From positions 52,277-116,276 of the forward strand of contig SVEC01000006.1 of assembly GCA_015057555.1 (NCBI GenBank): a stretch of DNA of 64,000 nt, given 5' to 3'. A model generated the notes under the pieces. The model was not told where the DNA came from. It saw only the letters and a list, made by a program, of their open reading frames with translations, and ran no database searches. Below are positions 21,511 through 32,512 of the stretch, piece after piece. Position 1 is the first letter of the stretch. Each line of letters begins with the position of its first letter. This stretch comes from Lachnospiraceae bacterium (GTDB lineage: Bacteria > Bacillota > Clostridia > Lachnospirales > Lachnospiraceae). Made by a program: the position numbers and the translations under genes.

Positions 21511-22971
21511 TTAAATTATAATGCAAACCATTCCACCATTAGAATCATTAACTATTTTCTCCATAGTATCCTGAAGCTTTTGTTGACTTTCCTGATTAAT
21601 CTTATTTATTTTACCTTCTAGCCCTTCCTCAACTAATTGTCGAATAGTTTTTCCAAAAATACTCACATCCCAAATATTTTCCTTATCCATACCATCTTTA
21701 TTTATATATGATATTAAATCCTTTGCCTGTTCTTCGCTTCCAACAATAGGTGCTATTTCAGTTGTGATATTAGCCTTAATTAAATGTATAGATGGTGCAC
21801 TAGCCTTAAGCTTTACTCCAAATTTATTTCCAGACTTAATAAGCTCCGGTGGGTCAAGCTTAATTTCATTTTTTTCCGGAGTAACAGAACCGTATCCTGT
21901 TTTACTTGATTGAAGCATAGCTTGACTTAACTTCTTACATTTACCCTTTGTATCTGCAAGCTCATATATTTCCTTAATAAAATCATATTCATTATCAATA
22001 TTTGTACCAAAAAGCTTAGAAAGCATATCGTAATAATACTTATCATACAGCTTTATATTTATATTCATATTACCATCTGCTAAATCAATTTTTGTCATAT
22101 TTATTTCTTCAATATATTCATCCTCAGAATTTGATAAATTATAAACATCTCTCATATGATTAATATTTTTAAAAATTTCTTTAGATATACTAATCAAATA
22201 GGTTTTAATTTCATTATCAAAATCTAATGCTTCAACCCATTTAGGTATGTTAAAATTAACTGAGCTTACAGGAAATGATAATAATAATTGTTCAAATATT
22301 TTATATATATCATTTTTTGTAAGTATATTACAATTAACAGGAACTACTGCTACACCATAATGTTCACTCATATCCTTTGCCATCTTTAATATTCCTGGAT
22401 CTGATGGCATTTTTGTATTAAGTAATACTACAAATGGTTTTCCTAGATTTTTCAATTCGTTAATTGCTCTATTTTCTGCATCTATGTACCCACTTCTTTC
22501 AATATCTGTAACACTTCCATCAGTTGTAATTACAATTCCAACAGTTGAATGTTCAAATATTACTTTTTTAGTACCTATTTCTGCCGCCTTAGTAAAAGGC
22601 ACTTCATAGTCATACCAAGGAGTTTTTACTAATCGTTCTTTGCCCTCCTCCATATGTCCCTCTGCACCCTTAGCCATATAACCAACACAGTCAATTAATC
22701 TAAGTTTACATTTTACATTATCAGATATATTTGTTTCTATTGCATCCTTGGGAATAAATTTAGGTTCGGTTGTCATTATAGTTTTGCCACCAGAGGATTG
22801 AGGAAGCTCATCTATAGTTCTTTGCTTCACATATTCCTCATTAATATTAGGAAGCACCATAAGCTCCATAAATCTTTTTATAAATGTAGACTTACCTGTT
22901 CTCACGGGGCCTACCACACCTATATATATTTCTCCTGCCGTTCTTAAATTTATATCCTTATAAATATCCAT
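21511..22971 (-). CDS. spoIVA: stage IV sporulation protein A
   Basis: GEIYIGVVGPVRTGKSTFIKRFM, DELPQS, TTEPKF, C-terminal GGMVCIII; start 22971 after GGAGG. Confidence 0.97.
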   Translation of the reverse strand: MDIYKDINLRTAGEIYIGVVGPVRTGKSTFIKRFMELMVLPNINEEYVKQRTIDELPQSSGGKTIMTTEPKFIPKDAIETNISDNVKCKLRLIDCVGYMAKGAEGHMEEGKERLVKTPWYDYEVPFTKAAEIGTKKVIFEHSTVGIVITTDGSVTDIERSGYIDAENRAINELKNLGKPFVVLLNTKMPSDPGILKMAKDMSEHYGVAVVPVNCNILTKNDIYKIFEQLLLSFPVSSVNFNIPKWVEALDFDNEIKTYLISISKEIFKNINHMRDVYNLSNSEDEYIEEINMTKIDLADGNMNINIKLYDKYYYDMLSKLFGTNIDNEYDFIKEIYELADTKGKCKKLSQAMLQSSKTGYGSVTPEKNEIKLDPPELIKSGNKFGVKLKASAPSIHLIKANITTEIAPIVGSEEQAKDLISYINKDGMDKENIWDVSIFGKTIRQLVEEGLEGKINKINQESQQKLQDTMEKIVNDSNGGMVCIII

Positions 22972-23043
22972 AAAAAAATACCTCCATATTTTCTGCACAT
23001 TATGTATCTAAATCGCCAAAGGAGTGGCAATTTCTCATACAAT

Positions 23044-23072
23044 AATATATGTAAAAAAATATGAAGGTATAA
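23044..23072 (-). promoter_or_regulatory. putative sigmaE promoter of spoIVA
   Basis: Minus strand ttATA-N16-CATATATT matches sigmaE consensus; spoIVA is a known sigmaE target. Confidence 0.55.
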
Positions 23073-23083
23073 CTTAATTTAGT

Positions 23084-24091
23084 TTATTTCCAAAGTAAAT
23101 CCTTGTCCTCAGCAGTTTTCATTCTTGTAAGTAATGAAACCATAGCATCTTTTGCTGATAAATCTTCGAAAAGAATCTTATTAACTATCTCAACTATAGG
23201 CATTTCAATACCAAGCTTTACACTAAGCTTTAATGCTGCCTTTGCAGAATATACTCCTTCTACAACCATCTTTACTTCATCTAATGCTTCCTTATATGTC
23301 TTACCCTGACCCATAAGATAACCTGCATTTCTATTTCGACTATGTTTTGATGCACATGTAACAATTAAATCACCAATTCCAGAAAGACCGGCAAAGGTTG
23401 ATTCATGACCACCCATAGCAACACCAAGTCTAGAAATTTCTGCAATACCTCTAGTAATAAGTGCGGCCTTCGTATTATCACCACAACCTAAACCGTCTGC
23501 AATTCCAGCAGCTAATGCAATAACATTCTTTAATGCACCACCAAGTTCAATACCCATAACATCTGGACTTGTATACACTCTAAAATAATCAGTCATAAAA
23601 GTATCCTGAATAAGCTCTGCTATTTCCTTAGATGATGCTCCTGCTACTACTGTTGTAGGAAGACCTTTTCCAACCTCCTCAGCATGGCTTGGGCCAGATA
23701 AAACTGCTACATTTACATCCTTAATTTCATCGCTAATAACCTCTGTAAGAGTCATAAGAGTATTTTCTTCAATACCCTTAGAAACATTTACAACAATTTG
23801 TTCTCTTGTAACATATGGTGCAATGGTTTTAGCAGTACTTCTAATAAATGGTGACGGTACAACCATAACCAACATCTTCTTATCCTTACAGGTAGCTTCA
23901 ACATCTGTTGTAAATATAACTGATTCATCAATTTTTACACCCGGAAGCTTTGTCAAATGCTCTCTGTGCTCATTTAACATTGTTATTTCGTCCTTATCAA
24001 TAGACCAAACTGTAACATTATGTCCATTTTCACTTAAAAGCTTCGTAAGGGCTATTCCCCAACTTCCAGCACCTAATACACCTATATTCAT
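23084..24091 (-). CDS. gpsA: NAD(P)H-dependent glycerol-3-phosphate dehydrogenase
   Basis: GAGSWG, SKGIE, SGPSHA, GGALKNVIA, GDLIVTC.S..SRN. Confidence 0.97.
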   Translation of the reverse strand: MNIGVLGAGSWGIALTKLLSENGHNVTVWSIDKDEITMLNEHREHLTKLPGVKIDESVIFTTDVEATCKDKKMLVMVVPSPFIRSTAKTIAPYVTREQIVVNVSKGIEENTLMTLTEVISDEIKDVNVAVLSGPSHAEEVGKGLPTTVVAGASSKEIAELIQDTFMTDYFRVYTSPDVMGIELGGALKNVIALAAGIADGLGCGDNTKAALITRGIAEISRLGVAMGGHESTFAGLSGIGDLIVTCASKHSRNRNAGYLMGQGKTYKEALDEVKMVVEGVYSAKAALKLSVKLGIEMPIVEIVNKILFEDLSAKDAMVSLLTRMKTAEDKDLLWK

Positions 24092-24108
24092 AATAAAAAC
24101 CTCCTAAT

Positions 24109-24783
24109 TTAGGCCTCTTTTTTATTTGTAAACAGCTTATTTTCCTCATGATTAATAAGTCTTATTATGTTGGCTTTATGTCGATAAATAGCCATTACAG
24201 TCATAATACCAACTATAATAACACTTTCTATCATAGCGGCTTTAGAGTTAGAATTATTCAAATCAAAATAATATCTATCATTAAAAGCAAAAATAGTATA
24301 TTCAACAAAAAACATAAGTACTAAGCAAATAGATGAAACTGATACATATCTTGTTATAATACAAAGTCCGAAGAATACAACCGCTGCACTTAATATCATA
24401 ATAGGATCTAAAAATCCAACTATCACTCCACCAGTAGCAGCTATTCCCTTTCCACCTCTAAACTTAAGGTAAAACGGAAAATTATGACCAAGTATTGTTC
24501 CCAAACCAGTATATGCAATGTAAAGATAAACATTATCTGGAGAAATATTATTAAAAATAAGTCTTGCAATTACAGTAGCTGCAATAGCTTTTAGTAAATC
24601 ACCGAAAAAAACTATTATTCCGGCCTTTTTACCAAGAACTCTAAGAGCATTTGTAGTACCAGCATTACCACTTCCATGCTCTCTAATATCAATACCATTC
24701 ATTCTACCATATATATATGATGTCTGAATCATTCCAAAACAATATCCACCAAGCAAGCAAAGTATTCTGTATATTATTGTCAT
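24109..24783 (-). CDS. plsY: glycerol-3-phosphate acyltransferase
   Basis: [39 protein letters not shown]. Confidence 0.96.
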   Translation of the reverse strand: MTIIYRILCLLGGYCFGMIQTSYIYGRMNGIDIREHGSGNAGTTNALRVLGKKAGIIVFFGDLLKAIAATVIARLIFNNISPDNVYLYIAYTGLGTILGHNFPFYLKFRGGKGIAATGGVIVGFLDPIMILSAAVVFFGLCIITRYVSVSSICLVLMFFVEYTIFAFNDRYYFDLNNSNSKAAMIESVIIVGIMTVMAIYRHKANIIRLINHEENKLFTNKKEA

Positions 24784-26105
24784 TTTTCTTTCCTCTCACG
24801 TATAATAAATTTCAGTGGTGTACCTCTAAAGCCAAAGGCCTCTCTTATCTTATTTTCTATATATCTAGTATATGAGAAATGCATAAGTTCCTTATCATTT
24901 ACAAAGATAACAAAAGTTGGTGGCTTAACAGATACCTGGGTAATATAGTAAAGTCTAAGTCTCTTACCTTTATCTGATGGTGGCTGATTTAATGCAACTG
25001 CCTCAGCCATAATCTCATTCAATACACCTGTAGCAATTCTAAGAGAATGATTCTCTATAACAGCATCTATAGTTTCAAAAAGCTTAGGAAGTCTCTGTCC
25101 AGTCTTAGCTGATACAAAAAGTATCTCGGCATAAGGCATATAGGCAAATTCTTCACGAATTTTATTAGTAAACTTATAAATAGACTTATCATTCTTTTCT
25201 TCAAGGGCATCCCACTTATTAACTACTATAATCATACCCTTGCCTCTTTCATGGGCAATTCCGGCAATTTTAGTATCCTGATCAGTAATACCCTCTGTAG
25301 CATCAATTACAAGAACAGCTACATTACATCTTTCAACAGCTGAGACTGTACGAATTATACTATAGCGTTCAATTTCCTCTTTTATCTTATTCTTCTTTCT
25401 AAGTCCTGCAGTATCAATAAATACATACTCTGTACCATTTCTAGTAATAGTTGTATCAATCGCATCTCTAGTAGTTCCAGCAATATCAGAAACAATAACT
25501 CTATCCTCTCCTAGGAGCTTATTAATTATAGAAGACTTTCCCGCATTCGGCTTACCAATTATAGCTACTCTAGGTCTCTCATCCTCTATTTCCTCTGTGG
25601 CAGAAGCATCAAAGTATTTAACTACCTCGTCAAGCATATCTCCAAGTCCAAGCTGTGATGCAGCAGAAATAGGCATAGGGTCACCTATACCAAGATTATA
25701 AAATTCATATACATCAGGCATAAACTTTTCAAAGCTGTCAACTTTGTTAACCACAAGAACAACAGGCTTACCAGAACGACGAAGCATATCCGCCACCTTA
25801 CCATCTGCATCTACTAGTCCTTGCCTAACATCAGTAATAAACATAATAACGTCAGCTGTAGATATTGCTATCTCGGCCTGTTCTCTCATGCTCTTTAAAA
25901 TAATATCATTACTTTCTGGCTCAATACCACCTGTATCAACAATTGTGAAATTATAATTCAACCAATTAACATCAGCGTAAATTCTATCTCTTGTAACACC
26001 TGGAGTATCCTGAACTATAGATATCTTATCTCCTGCAAGAGTGTTAAAAAGAGTTGATTTACCAACATTTGGTCTGCCTACTATGGCAACTACGGGTCTA
26101 CCCAT
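24780..26105 (-). CDS. der: ribosome biogenesis GTPase Der
   Basis: Two G domains ([16 protein letters not shown]), KH-like C-terminus. Confidence 0.98.
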   Translation of the reverse strand: MGRPVVAIVGRPNVGKSTLFNTLAGDKISIVQDTPGVTRDRIYADVNWLNYNFTIVDTGGIEPESNDIILKSMREQAEIAISTADVIMFITDVRQGLVDADGKVADMLRRSGKPVVLVVNKVDSFEKFMPDVYEFYNLGIGDPMPISAASQLGLGDMLDEVVKYFDASATEEIEDERPRVAIIGKPNAGKSSIINKLLGEDRVIVSDIAGTTRDAIDTTITRNGTEYVFIDTAGLRKKNKIKEEIERYSIIRTVSAVERCNVAVLVIDATEGITDQDTKIAGIAHERGKGMIIVVNKWDALEEKNDKSIYKFTNKIREEFAYMPYAEILFVSAKTGQRLPKLFETIDAVIENHSLRIATGVLNEIMAEAVALNQPPSDKGKRLRLYYITQVSVKPPTFVIFVNDKELMHFSYTRYIENKIREAFGFRGTPLKFIIRERKEK

Positions 26106-26108
26106 ACC

Positions 26109-27446
26109 TTAATTCTCCGTTCCAATTATCTTATCAAATAAATCCATACCGCTAGATTGTACAACAACAACCTTAACTTGTAAAGCATTTTGAAGCTCTT
26201 CTAATGTAACATCATCAAGGAATATATCTTCATCGGATTTTAATGTTTGACATGGTAATAATAAGACATCTCCTAAATCCTTACCCTTAAGCTGGTTGAT
26301 GATATCCTTTCCGGTTAATAGTCCGGTAACAGTTATCTTATCTCCAAAAAAATAATTTTTAATAGGATAAATATTAAAATCAATATTTGGTGCGGCTTTT
26401 AAAATCATATTTCTAATATGTAGCATATTTTCATACGCTAATAGTCCTGTTATAGTTGAAAGCTTTCTGACACCTTCATAAGCACTACCATTTTCTTCAA
26501 GATAATAATTTACTGCATCCTTTACTTCCTCATATAATAATCTGGTCATTCCAACTCCATTTTCAAGCTGAATATAACCATCATAGTTATCCTCATTAGG
26601 AAAATCAATACCAGCGTTAATATACCACTCATCACTGGCATGAACAAAATGTATACCATATTTATCTAAAGCCAACCCTTGATATTTTTCTACAGTCTTA
26701 ATAAGTTGTATAGAGTCTTCTTTAGTAAAACTTTCAAGAGGATAAAGATTCTCTCTATATTTGGTAAGACCAACAGGAACTATAGATAGACTTTGCATAA
26801 CTGGTGCATATTGCAAAAGGTCAGTTAGGGTTCTTTCTAATTCCTCACCATCATTTAATCCCTTACAAAGAACTATCTGTGCATTCATAGGTATTCCTGC
26901 ATCATATAACCTTTTTATAAAGTAATTTACCTTACCTGCAAATCGATTATTTAACATCTTACATCTAAGTTCTTCATTGGTAGTATGAATAGAAATATTA
27001 ATAGGAGCAAGCTTATACTCTATAATTCTATCAATATCCTTCTCCTGCAAATTTGTAAATGTAACATAATTACCCTGTAAGAAAGAAAGTCTTGTATCAT
27101 CATCTTTAAAATATATAGTATCTCTCATCCCAGAGGGATTCTGATCAATGAAGCAAAAAACACACTTATTATGGCAACTTTTATACTTGTCCATAAGTGA
27201 ATCACCAAAAACAAGACCTAGTTCATCATCCTCATCCTTTTCTACCTCTAGGAGCCATTCTTCTCCATCACTTTTTTCTATAAGAATCTCAAGATATTCA
27301 TCCTCGCAAAGATAATGATAATCAAAGATATCTTGAATTTCTTTATTATTGATAGAAACAAGCTTATCTCCTGGTTCTATTTCAAGCTCATAACCAATAC
27401 TATTCTCTACTACATTTTCAATAAGGTGCTTTTTCATAATGCACAT
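26109..27446 (-). CDS. PDZ + radical-SAM-like DUF512 Fe-S protein
   Basis: N-terminal PDZ-like segment, CHNKCVFCFIDQ, KDDDTRLSFLQGNY, QLENGVG; usual position upstream of der. Confidence 0.88.
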   Translation of the reverse strand: MCIMKKHLIENVVENSIGYELEIEPGDKLVSINNKEIQDIFDYHYLCEDEYLEILIEKSDGEEWLLEVEKDEDDELGLVFGDSLMDKYKSCHNKCVFCFIDQNPSGMRDTIYFKDDDTRLSFLQGNYVTFTNLQEKDIDRIIEYKLAPINISIHTTNEELRCKMLNNRFAGKVNYFIKRLYDAGIPMNAQIVLCKGLNDGEELERTLTDLLQYAPVMQSLSIVPVGLTKYRENLYPLESFTKEDSIQLIKTVEKYQGLALDKYGIHFVHASDEWYINAGIDFPNEDNYDGYIQLENGVGMTRLLYEEVKDAVNYYLEENGSAYEGVRKLSTITGLLAYENMLHIRNMILKAAPNIDFNIYPIKNYFFGDKITVTGLLTGKDIINQLKGKDLGDVLLLPCQTLKSDEDIFLDDVTLEELQNALQVKVVVVQSSGMDLFDKIIGTEN

Positions 27447-27458
27447 ATCCTCTCTTGA

Positions 27459-28352
27459 TTAGTCTTTAAGCATAATTACTGCAGCTAAATTTCCTCTTAG
27501 GCCCTTAGATGCTCTATGTGAAAACAATTCATTTGGATTACAACAGGTGCATACATCAGGCATAGAAATGTTATCCTCTTTAATACCTGCTCTAAGGAAA
27601 TTATATTTACAGGCTTGATGTAAATCAAGCTGATATTTACCATTACCTTTATTAACAAGCATATTTTTCAGCTCATTATCTGTATAATTATCTTTAAATT
27701 GAATTGCAACATCTTCAGATATTTCATAACAATCCATACATATTGATGGACCAATAGCTACAATAATATTCTCTGGAGCTGAGCCATATTCATTTGACAT
27801 GGTAATAATCATCTGATTAGCGATATTTCCAACTGTCCCCTTCCAGCCTGAATGAGCAAGTCCAACTACTTTATTAACTTTGTCGTAAAAAAATAAGGGA
27901 ACACAATCAGCATAAAAAGTAATAAGTGGTATATTTTTAATGTTTGTAACTAATCCATCAATATTCTTTATATCACTTTCTTTAATTATTCCTTTACCTG
28001 CATCCTCTTCTCTAACAACATGAATCTTTACATCGTGTACCTGGTCGGAAAAAACCAGTCTTTCATAACTATAGCCCAATGCTTTAGCAAACCTACGATG
28101 ATTTTCAAGAACATTATCACGCTCATCTCCCCTTGAAAAGCTAAGATTCATACTAGATAAATGTTCATTACTAACTCCACCTAATCTAGTTGAAAAGCCA
28201 TGTACAATATCCTTAAATATGTCAAAAGCTCTATACTTTATAATTGGCACTTTTATTCCATCACTATAAATATCAACCATATCTATGTAAGTTGTTTTAT
28301 TTTCATTATCTATTATATCATTTCTGTATTTTAACAAATTCAAATTATACAT
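27459..28352 (-). CDS. pgeF: PgeF/YfiH-family purine nucleoside enzyme (peptidoglycan editing factor)
   Basis: HGFSTRLGGVS, QVH, ADCVP, AHSGWKGT, GPSI, FSHR; start 28352 after GGAAGGA. Confidence 0.92.
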   Translation of the reverse strand: MYNLNLLKYRNDIIDNENKTTYIDMVDIYSDGIKVPIIKYRAFDIFKDIVHGFSTRLGGVSNEHLSSMNLSFSRGDERDNVLENHRRFAKALGYSYERLVFSDQVHDVKIHVVREEDAGKGIIKESDIKNIDGLVTNIKNIPLITFYADCVPLFFYDKVNKVVGLAHSGWKGTVGNIANQMIITMSNEYGSAPENIIVAIGPSICMDCYEISEDVAIQFKDNYTDNELKNMLVNKGNGKYQLDLHQACKYNFLRAGIKEDNISMPDVCTCCNPNELFSHRASKGLRGNLAAVIMLKD

Positions 28353-28381
28353 AAATAATTCCTTCCATATATTAAACAATA

Positions 28382-28750
28382 TTAAACAAAGTCAAAGGCA
28401 TTCTCAATATGAGATATCTCATTACCAAGAATACCTATAACATCAAATCTTATGCTTGTGTTATCTGGGGAAATCTTATTTTTGTTCATGTAAAATAATG
28501 CAGATTTACAGATTTTTTTCTGCTTACCATAGGTCACAGCTTCCAATGGATGACCATTACTGCTTGAGGCACGGTATTTAACTTCAATAAAAACTATAGT
28601 ATTCTTATCTCTTGCAATAATATCTATCTCACCCTGACGAACCTGGAAGTTTTTTTCGATTATAAAATATCCCTTATCCTGCAAATAATTTATAGCTAGT
28701 TCTTCATAGTTTTTTCCTGTTTGTCTTTTATTTTCCATAGATTTATCCAT
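28382..28750 (-). CDS. yraN: YraN family (UPF0102) nuclease-fold protein
   Basis: G..YE..A..YL, GEIDIIA, VFIEVKYR, RFDVI. Confidence 0.93.
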   Translation of the reverse strand: MDKSMENKRQTGKNYEELAINYLQDKGYFIIEKNFQVRQGEIDIIARDKNTIVFIEVKYRASSSNGHPLEAVTYGKQKKICKSALFYMNKNKISPDNTSIRFDVIGILGNEISHIENAFDFV

Positions 28751-29039
28751 TTACCCTATCAATCTTAGCTTTAATTTTATCCATTCTGTCTACATACACA
28801 AGAATTTCAGCAACTACACCATATAATTCAGGTGGAATACAGTCACCTATATCAAGCTTTAACAAAGTTTCAGTAAGATTTGTGTCCTTGTAAAGTGGAA
28901 CATCACTTTCTTTGGCAGTTTCAATTATTTTATCCGCCAAAACACCCTGTCCTGCAGCAACAACTTGAGGAGCTTGATTATTAGGGTCATATAATAAGGC
29001 TACCGCCTTTTTCTTTGGTGGATTATTTTGATTATTCAT
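28743..29039 (-). CDS. FlhB C-terminal-like small protein (YlqH/FlhX type)
   Basis: KAVALLYD...APQVVAAGQG.LA..II..A...VP, IPPELYGVVAEIL. Confidence 0.9.
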   Translation of the reverse strand: MNNQNNPPKKKAVALLYDPNNQAPQVVAAGQGVLADKIIETAKESDVPLYKDTNLTETLLKLDIGDCIPPELYGVVAEILVYVDRMDKIKAKIDRVNG

Positions 29040-29047
29040 AAAATCAC

Positions 29048-30784
29048 CTACATTCTAACATCAAAGGAATATCTTTTAACACTTTTTTCTAGATCATCCC
29101 CAAGCATCTCTTTTACAGCCATATTAGGACCCGTAGCAAGAGCTGGTTCTCTTGTAATTACTTCATTAGTAAGATTAAAACCATTCTCAGCTATGGCTTT
29201 CTCAAGCATAGTCATATGCTCATCTACAATCTTTGCACTAATTTCATCTTCAACATAAAATCTTGTATGTACATTAGTACCATGTAAACTGACATGTACG
29301 TCTGTAGCACCTAGATGGTCCATATCAAGATGCAAAAGTGCGCTTACCTCTTCCTTAGTGCTTTTCATATTTCTTTTATTCATATATACATATAAATCAG
29401 AATTCATTTGATTTGAATCCATTTTTACAGGTATCTGAGCATAAGCAAACATATTATTAAGATTTTGCATAAAGTCTATGCGTTGCTGCATAGATTTAGC
29501 AGTCTGAGACATGTTTTCACCTGCACCAGAATTAGTGCTACTAGAAAATGCTTCCATAAGCTTATTTGTCTTATCGTACATAGATTTGTATAAATCATCT
29601 AGCTCCTTTGGATTTTCCATATCCTTTGGATTCAAAGAAAACTTGTCTTTTACTGCCTCAGATAAAATACTATTATAAGAATCACTTGTAAGTAAGTCAC
29701 TTATATTTTCAGAATTTATATTAAGTTCATTAGAATGATTTAAAACTTCTTTAATATTATTTAGAAGCTGTAAAGGTGTTTCAGATTTGTCAACTATTGT
29801 GTTTATAACCTGTTCATTGATTCCAGAATTTTTTAATTCTTCTACTAAGCTTTCTAATTCTGCTGGATTAAGATTAGTCTTTCCAACAAGAGATTCTATT
29901 TTAGCAGATAATTCTGAAGTTAAATTCTCCTGATTAATCATACTGGCAATATCTGTATTAGCATTTATATTGCTTGAAAGATTATCATCTTCATTTAAAT
30001 TTAAGCCATCTATGATATCATTTATAGAAATGTTAGCCATATCGAATGTATCTGAGAAGGACGAAAGCAAATTTGAATTTAATTCAAGCAATTGTGCGGA
30101 TGCTGACTCATTTGTAATTCCCATTTGATTTATTATATTACCTATGGCTTCCTTATTATAATTAATAATACTATCACTTAAATTACTTATATCCTGACTT
30201 AATTGATGTGTATTAGACATATAAGACTCAAATTGTGAAATATTAGCTTCATTAACCGGTATTCCATGCTTATTTAAATTAATAAGTGTGTCTATTGAAG
30301 CTTCTGAAAACTTATATGACTGTTGCATAATTCTTTGCATAGATGCCTTATCAACAGGCATATTATTATTCATAAGACCTTCAGCTATCTGATAATTCTT
30401 TTCTGTTGGAGAAATTCCATTTGCATCTAAAATCTTAAAAATAGCACTATCTTTCATATTTTGAGTCCCATCACCATAAGGTTTAATAAGAACATTGGTA
30501 CCGTTATTTTCCTTAATTAAAAAGGTAAGAGAATCACCTATATTCATATTTACTGCATCTGTCATCTGTGCATATAAGGTTTTATTATTATCTAGCATGA
30601 TACTAACCTTATTATTTGTAATATCAATGATTTTGCCATTAAAAATCTGACCTTCTTTAGCTATAGAAATTTGAGCATTAGCAGTGACAGTACCCCCTTC
30701 AGTAACATTTGGGCTACTAACCTTAATACCGGCACTATTATTAGTGGATATATTAAAATTTAAAGTACTGTCTGAAATATTCAT
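29048..30784 (-). CDS. FliK C-terminal-domain protein (YlqG-like)
   Basis: N/S-rich body; C-terminal ALLHLDMDHLGATDVHV...SFDVRM; directly upstream of the FlhB-like gene. Confidence 0.75.
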   Translation of the reverse strand: MNISDSTLNFNISTNNSAGIKVSSPNVTEGGTVTANAQISIAKEGQIFNGKIIDITNNKVSIMLDNNKTLYAQMTDAVNMNIGDSLTFLIKENNGTNVLIKPYGDGTQNMKDSAIFKILDANGISPTEKNYQIAEGLMNNNMPVDKASMQRIMQQSYKFSEASIDTLINLNKHGIPVNEANISQFESYMSNTHQLSQDISNLSDSIINYNKEAIGNIINQMGITNESASAQLLELNSNLLSSFSDTFDMANISINDIIDGLNLNEDDNLSSNINANTDIASMINQENLTSELSAKIESLVGKTNLNPAELESLVEELKNSGINEQVINTIVDKSETPLQLLNNIKEVLNHSNELNINSENISDLLTSDSYNSILSEAVKDKFSLNPKDMENPKELDDLYKSMYDKTNKLMEAFSSSTNSGAGENMSQTAKSMQQRIDFMQNLNNMFAYAQIPVKMDSNQMNSDLYVYMNKRNMKSTKEEVSALLHLDMDHLGATDVHVSLHGTNVHTRFYVEDEISAKIVDEHMTMLEKAIAENGFNLTNEVITREPALATGPNMAVKEMLGDDLEKSVKRYSFDVRM

Positions 30785-30802
30785 ACAATTCTCCTAACTT
30801 AT

Positions 30803-31591
30803 CTAGGACTGACCTAATATCTTTTTTATAAAAGTTTTTCTATGGATGTCACATGGACCATCTTCTTTCAACTTTTTAATATGATTTGGAGTACCATAGC
30901 CTGCACTTTTACCAAAATCATAGCCAGGATAAATATTTTCGTACTCCTCCATCATTCTATCTCTAGTTACCTTTGCAACTATACTTGCAGCAGCTATAGA
31001 TGCTGATAAGGTATCACCTTTAATTATAGGAACCTGCTTAATATCTATATCGGGTATTTTAACCGCATCATTAAGCAATACATCGGGCTTTTCTGATAGA
31101 TTATTTATTGCAATTTGCATTGCTTTATATGTGGCCTGTAATATATTTATATCATCAATAACTGTCTCTGAAACAACTCCTATAGCATAAGCTACCGCTT
31201 TATCTAGTATTATATCATATAATTCCTCCCTTTTCTTCTTGGATAGCTGTTTTGAATCATTTAAATATAATATTCTTTCATTCTTAGGTAATATTACTGC
31301 AGCAGCTACAACAGGTCCTGCCAAGGGGCCCCTACCTACCTCATCTATTCCACATATAAACTCATTGCCTAAATCTATGTACTTATCCTCGAAGGCATAC
31401 ATTAACTCAGTTCTTGCTACTTCTTCAAGAATCGCCTCATGCTTTTTAGTGGCTTTTTCTACCAATTTAGATACATTTCCTCTAGTATCATTAATATATT
31501 TATCAATAAATTTTACTAAAGCCTGTGAACTGGTGGTATCAAGCTCTTTAAATTCATTATTTATATCTGAAAATTTTAATTCATTACTCAT
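30803..31591 (-). CDS. rnhB: ribonuclease HII
   Basis: GIDEVGRGPLAGPV, DSKQL, IAAASIVAKVTRD. Confidence 0.97.
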   Translation of the reverse strand: MSNELKFSDINNEFKELDTTSSQALVKFIDKYINDTRGNVSKLVEKATKKHEAILEEVARTELMYAFEDKYIDLGNEFICGIDEVGRGPLAGPVVAAAVILPKNERILYLNDSKQLSKKKREELYDIILDKAVAYAIGVVSETVIDDINILQATYKAMQIAINNLSEKPDVLLNDAVKIPDIDIKQVPIIKGDTLSASIAAASIVAKVTRDRMMEEYENIYPGYDFGKSAGYGTPNHIKKLKEDGPCDIHRKTFIKKILGQS

Positions 31592-31612
31592 ACATAATCT
31601 CCTTAATTAAAT

Positions 31613-31655
31613 TAAGGACTATACACAATATTATTATACTTAGTGCATAGTCCTA
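31613..31655 (-). terminator. stem-loop between lepB and rnhB (weak terminator or processing hairpin)
   Basis: AGGACTATACAC...GTGCATAGTCCT inverted repeat. Confidence 0.5.
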
Positions 31656-31659
31656 AATT

Positions 31660-32496
31660 TTACTCTACAATTCCTAAATCTCTTAATGGATAAATTCTAA
31701 ATATGGCTTTTCCCACAATACTATCTCTATGAACATTACCCACAGATGATATTCTACTATCCTGACTGTTATTTCTGTTATCACCTAGTACAAAATATTC
31801 ATCTTTACCTAACAATATGGTTTGACTTGCTCTTCCTATATTTGAAGGTAATATTGTTTCCTTACCATAATCTTCCTTAAGTAACATTTCGTTGATAAAA
31901 ATATTTCCATTTTGATCAATACGTACAGTTTCTCCAGGAAGTCCAATAATTCGCTTGATATAAGTAGTCTCATCATCATAATAAAATACTATAACATCAA
32001 ATCGTTCTGGATCACCAATAGTATATGAAAGCTTATCAACCCATAGATTATCTCCGTCATGAAGTGTTGGTTCCATAGATTGACCATCAACCAATGAACG
32101 ACATCCAACAAAGTTAATAATCAAAAAACACGCAAGAACAACTATACCAATATAAACAATGAGACTTAATAATTCTTTTACTATATTAATATCCTCTGGC
32201 TTAGTTTCTTTTTTTGATTTTTTATGTTTTTTCTTCTTGTTCTTTAGCTTTGATTTCTTATCATCCAAAGATTCAGCTTCTTCTGTATCTGATTCTTTAT
32301 TAATTGAATCATCATCTGATGAGTCAGATTTTTCTTTTTTGAGTTTTTTGGCAGACTTTTTTAATTCCTTATCTGCTTTTTTCTTAGCTTTTTTTTCTTC
32401 CTTAGCTAAGATTTTATCTTCACTATCTTCAGAAAAAATTTCCCCAACGGATACCTCTTCCTTCTGATCATCATATTCCATTAATTCTTTACTCAT
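31660..32496 (-). CDS. lepB: signal peptidase I with long charged N-terminal extension
   Basis: GQSMEPTL, YIKRIIGLPG, GDNRNNSQDSR; about 105 aa K/D/E-rich N-terminus before the TM helix. Confidence 0.93.
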   Translation of the reverse strand: MSKELMEYDDQKEEVSVGEIFSEDSEDKILAKEEKKAKKKADKELKKSAKKLKKEKSDSSDDDSINKESDTEEAESLDDKKSKLKNKKKKHKKSKKETKPEDINIVKELLSLIVYIGIVVLACFLIINFVGCRSLVDGQSMEPTLHDGDNLWVDKLSYTIGDPERFDVIVFYYDDETTYIKRIIGLPGETVRIDQNGNIFINEMLLKEDYGKETILPSNIGRASQTILLGKDEYFVLGDNRNNSQDSRISSVGNVHRDSIVGKAIFRIYPLRDLGIVE

Positions 32497-32512
32497 AATG
32501 GTTCTCCTAATT

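Noticed and set aside
26109-27446. Radical SAM protein as a RiPP maturase
   Set aside because: DUF512 family in its usual position before der; no SPASM domain or precursor peptide
28382-29039. YraN nuclease fold or EscU-like protein as a defence or type III secretion system
   Set aside because: Both belong to the conserved rplS-rnhB neighbourhood; no other defence or injectisome genes
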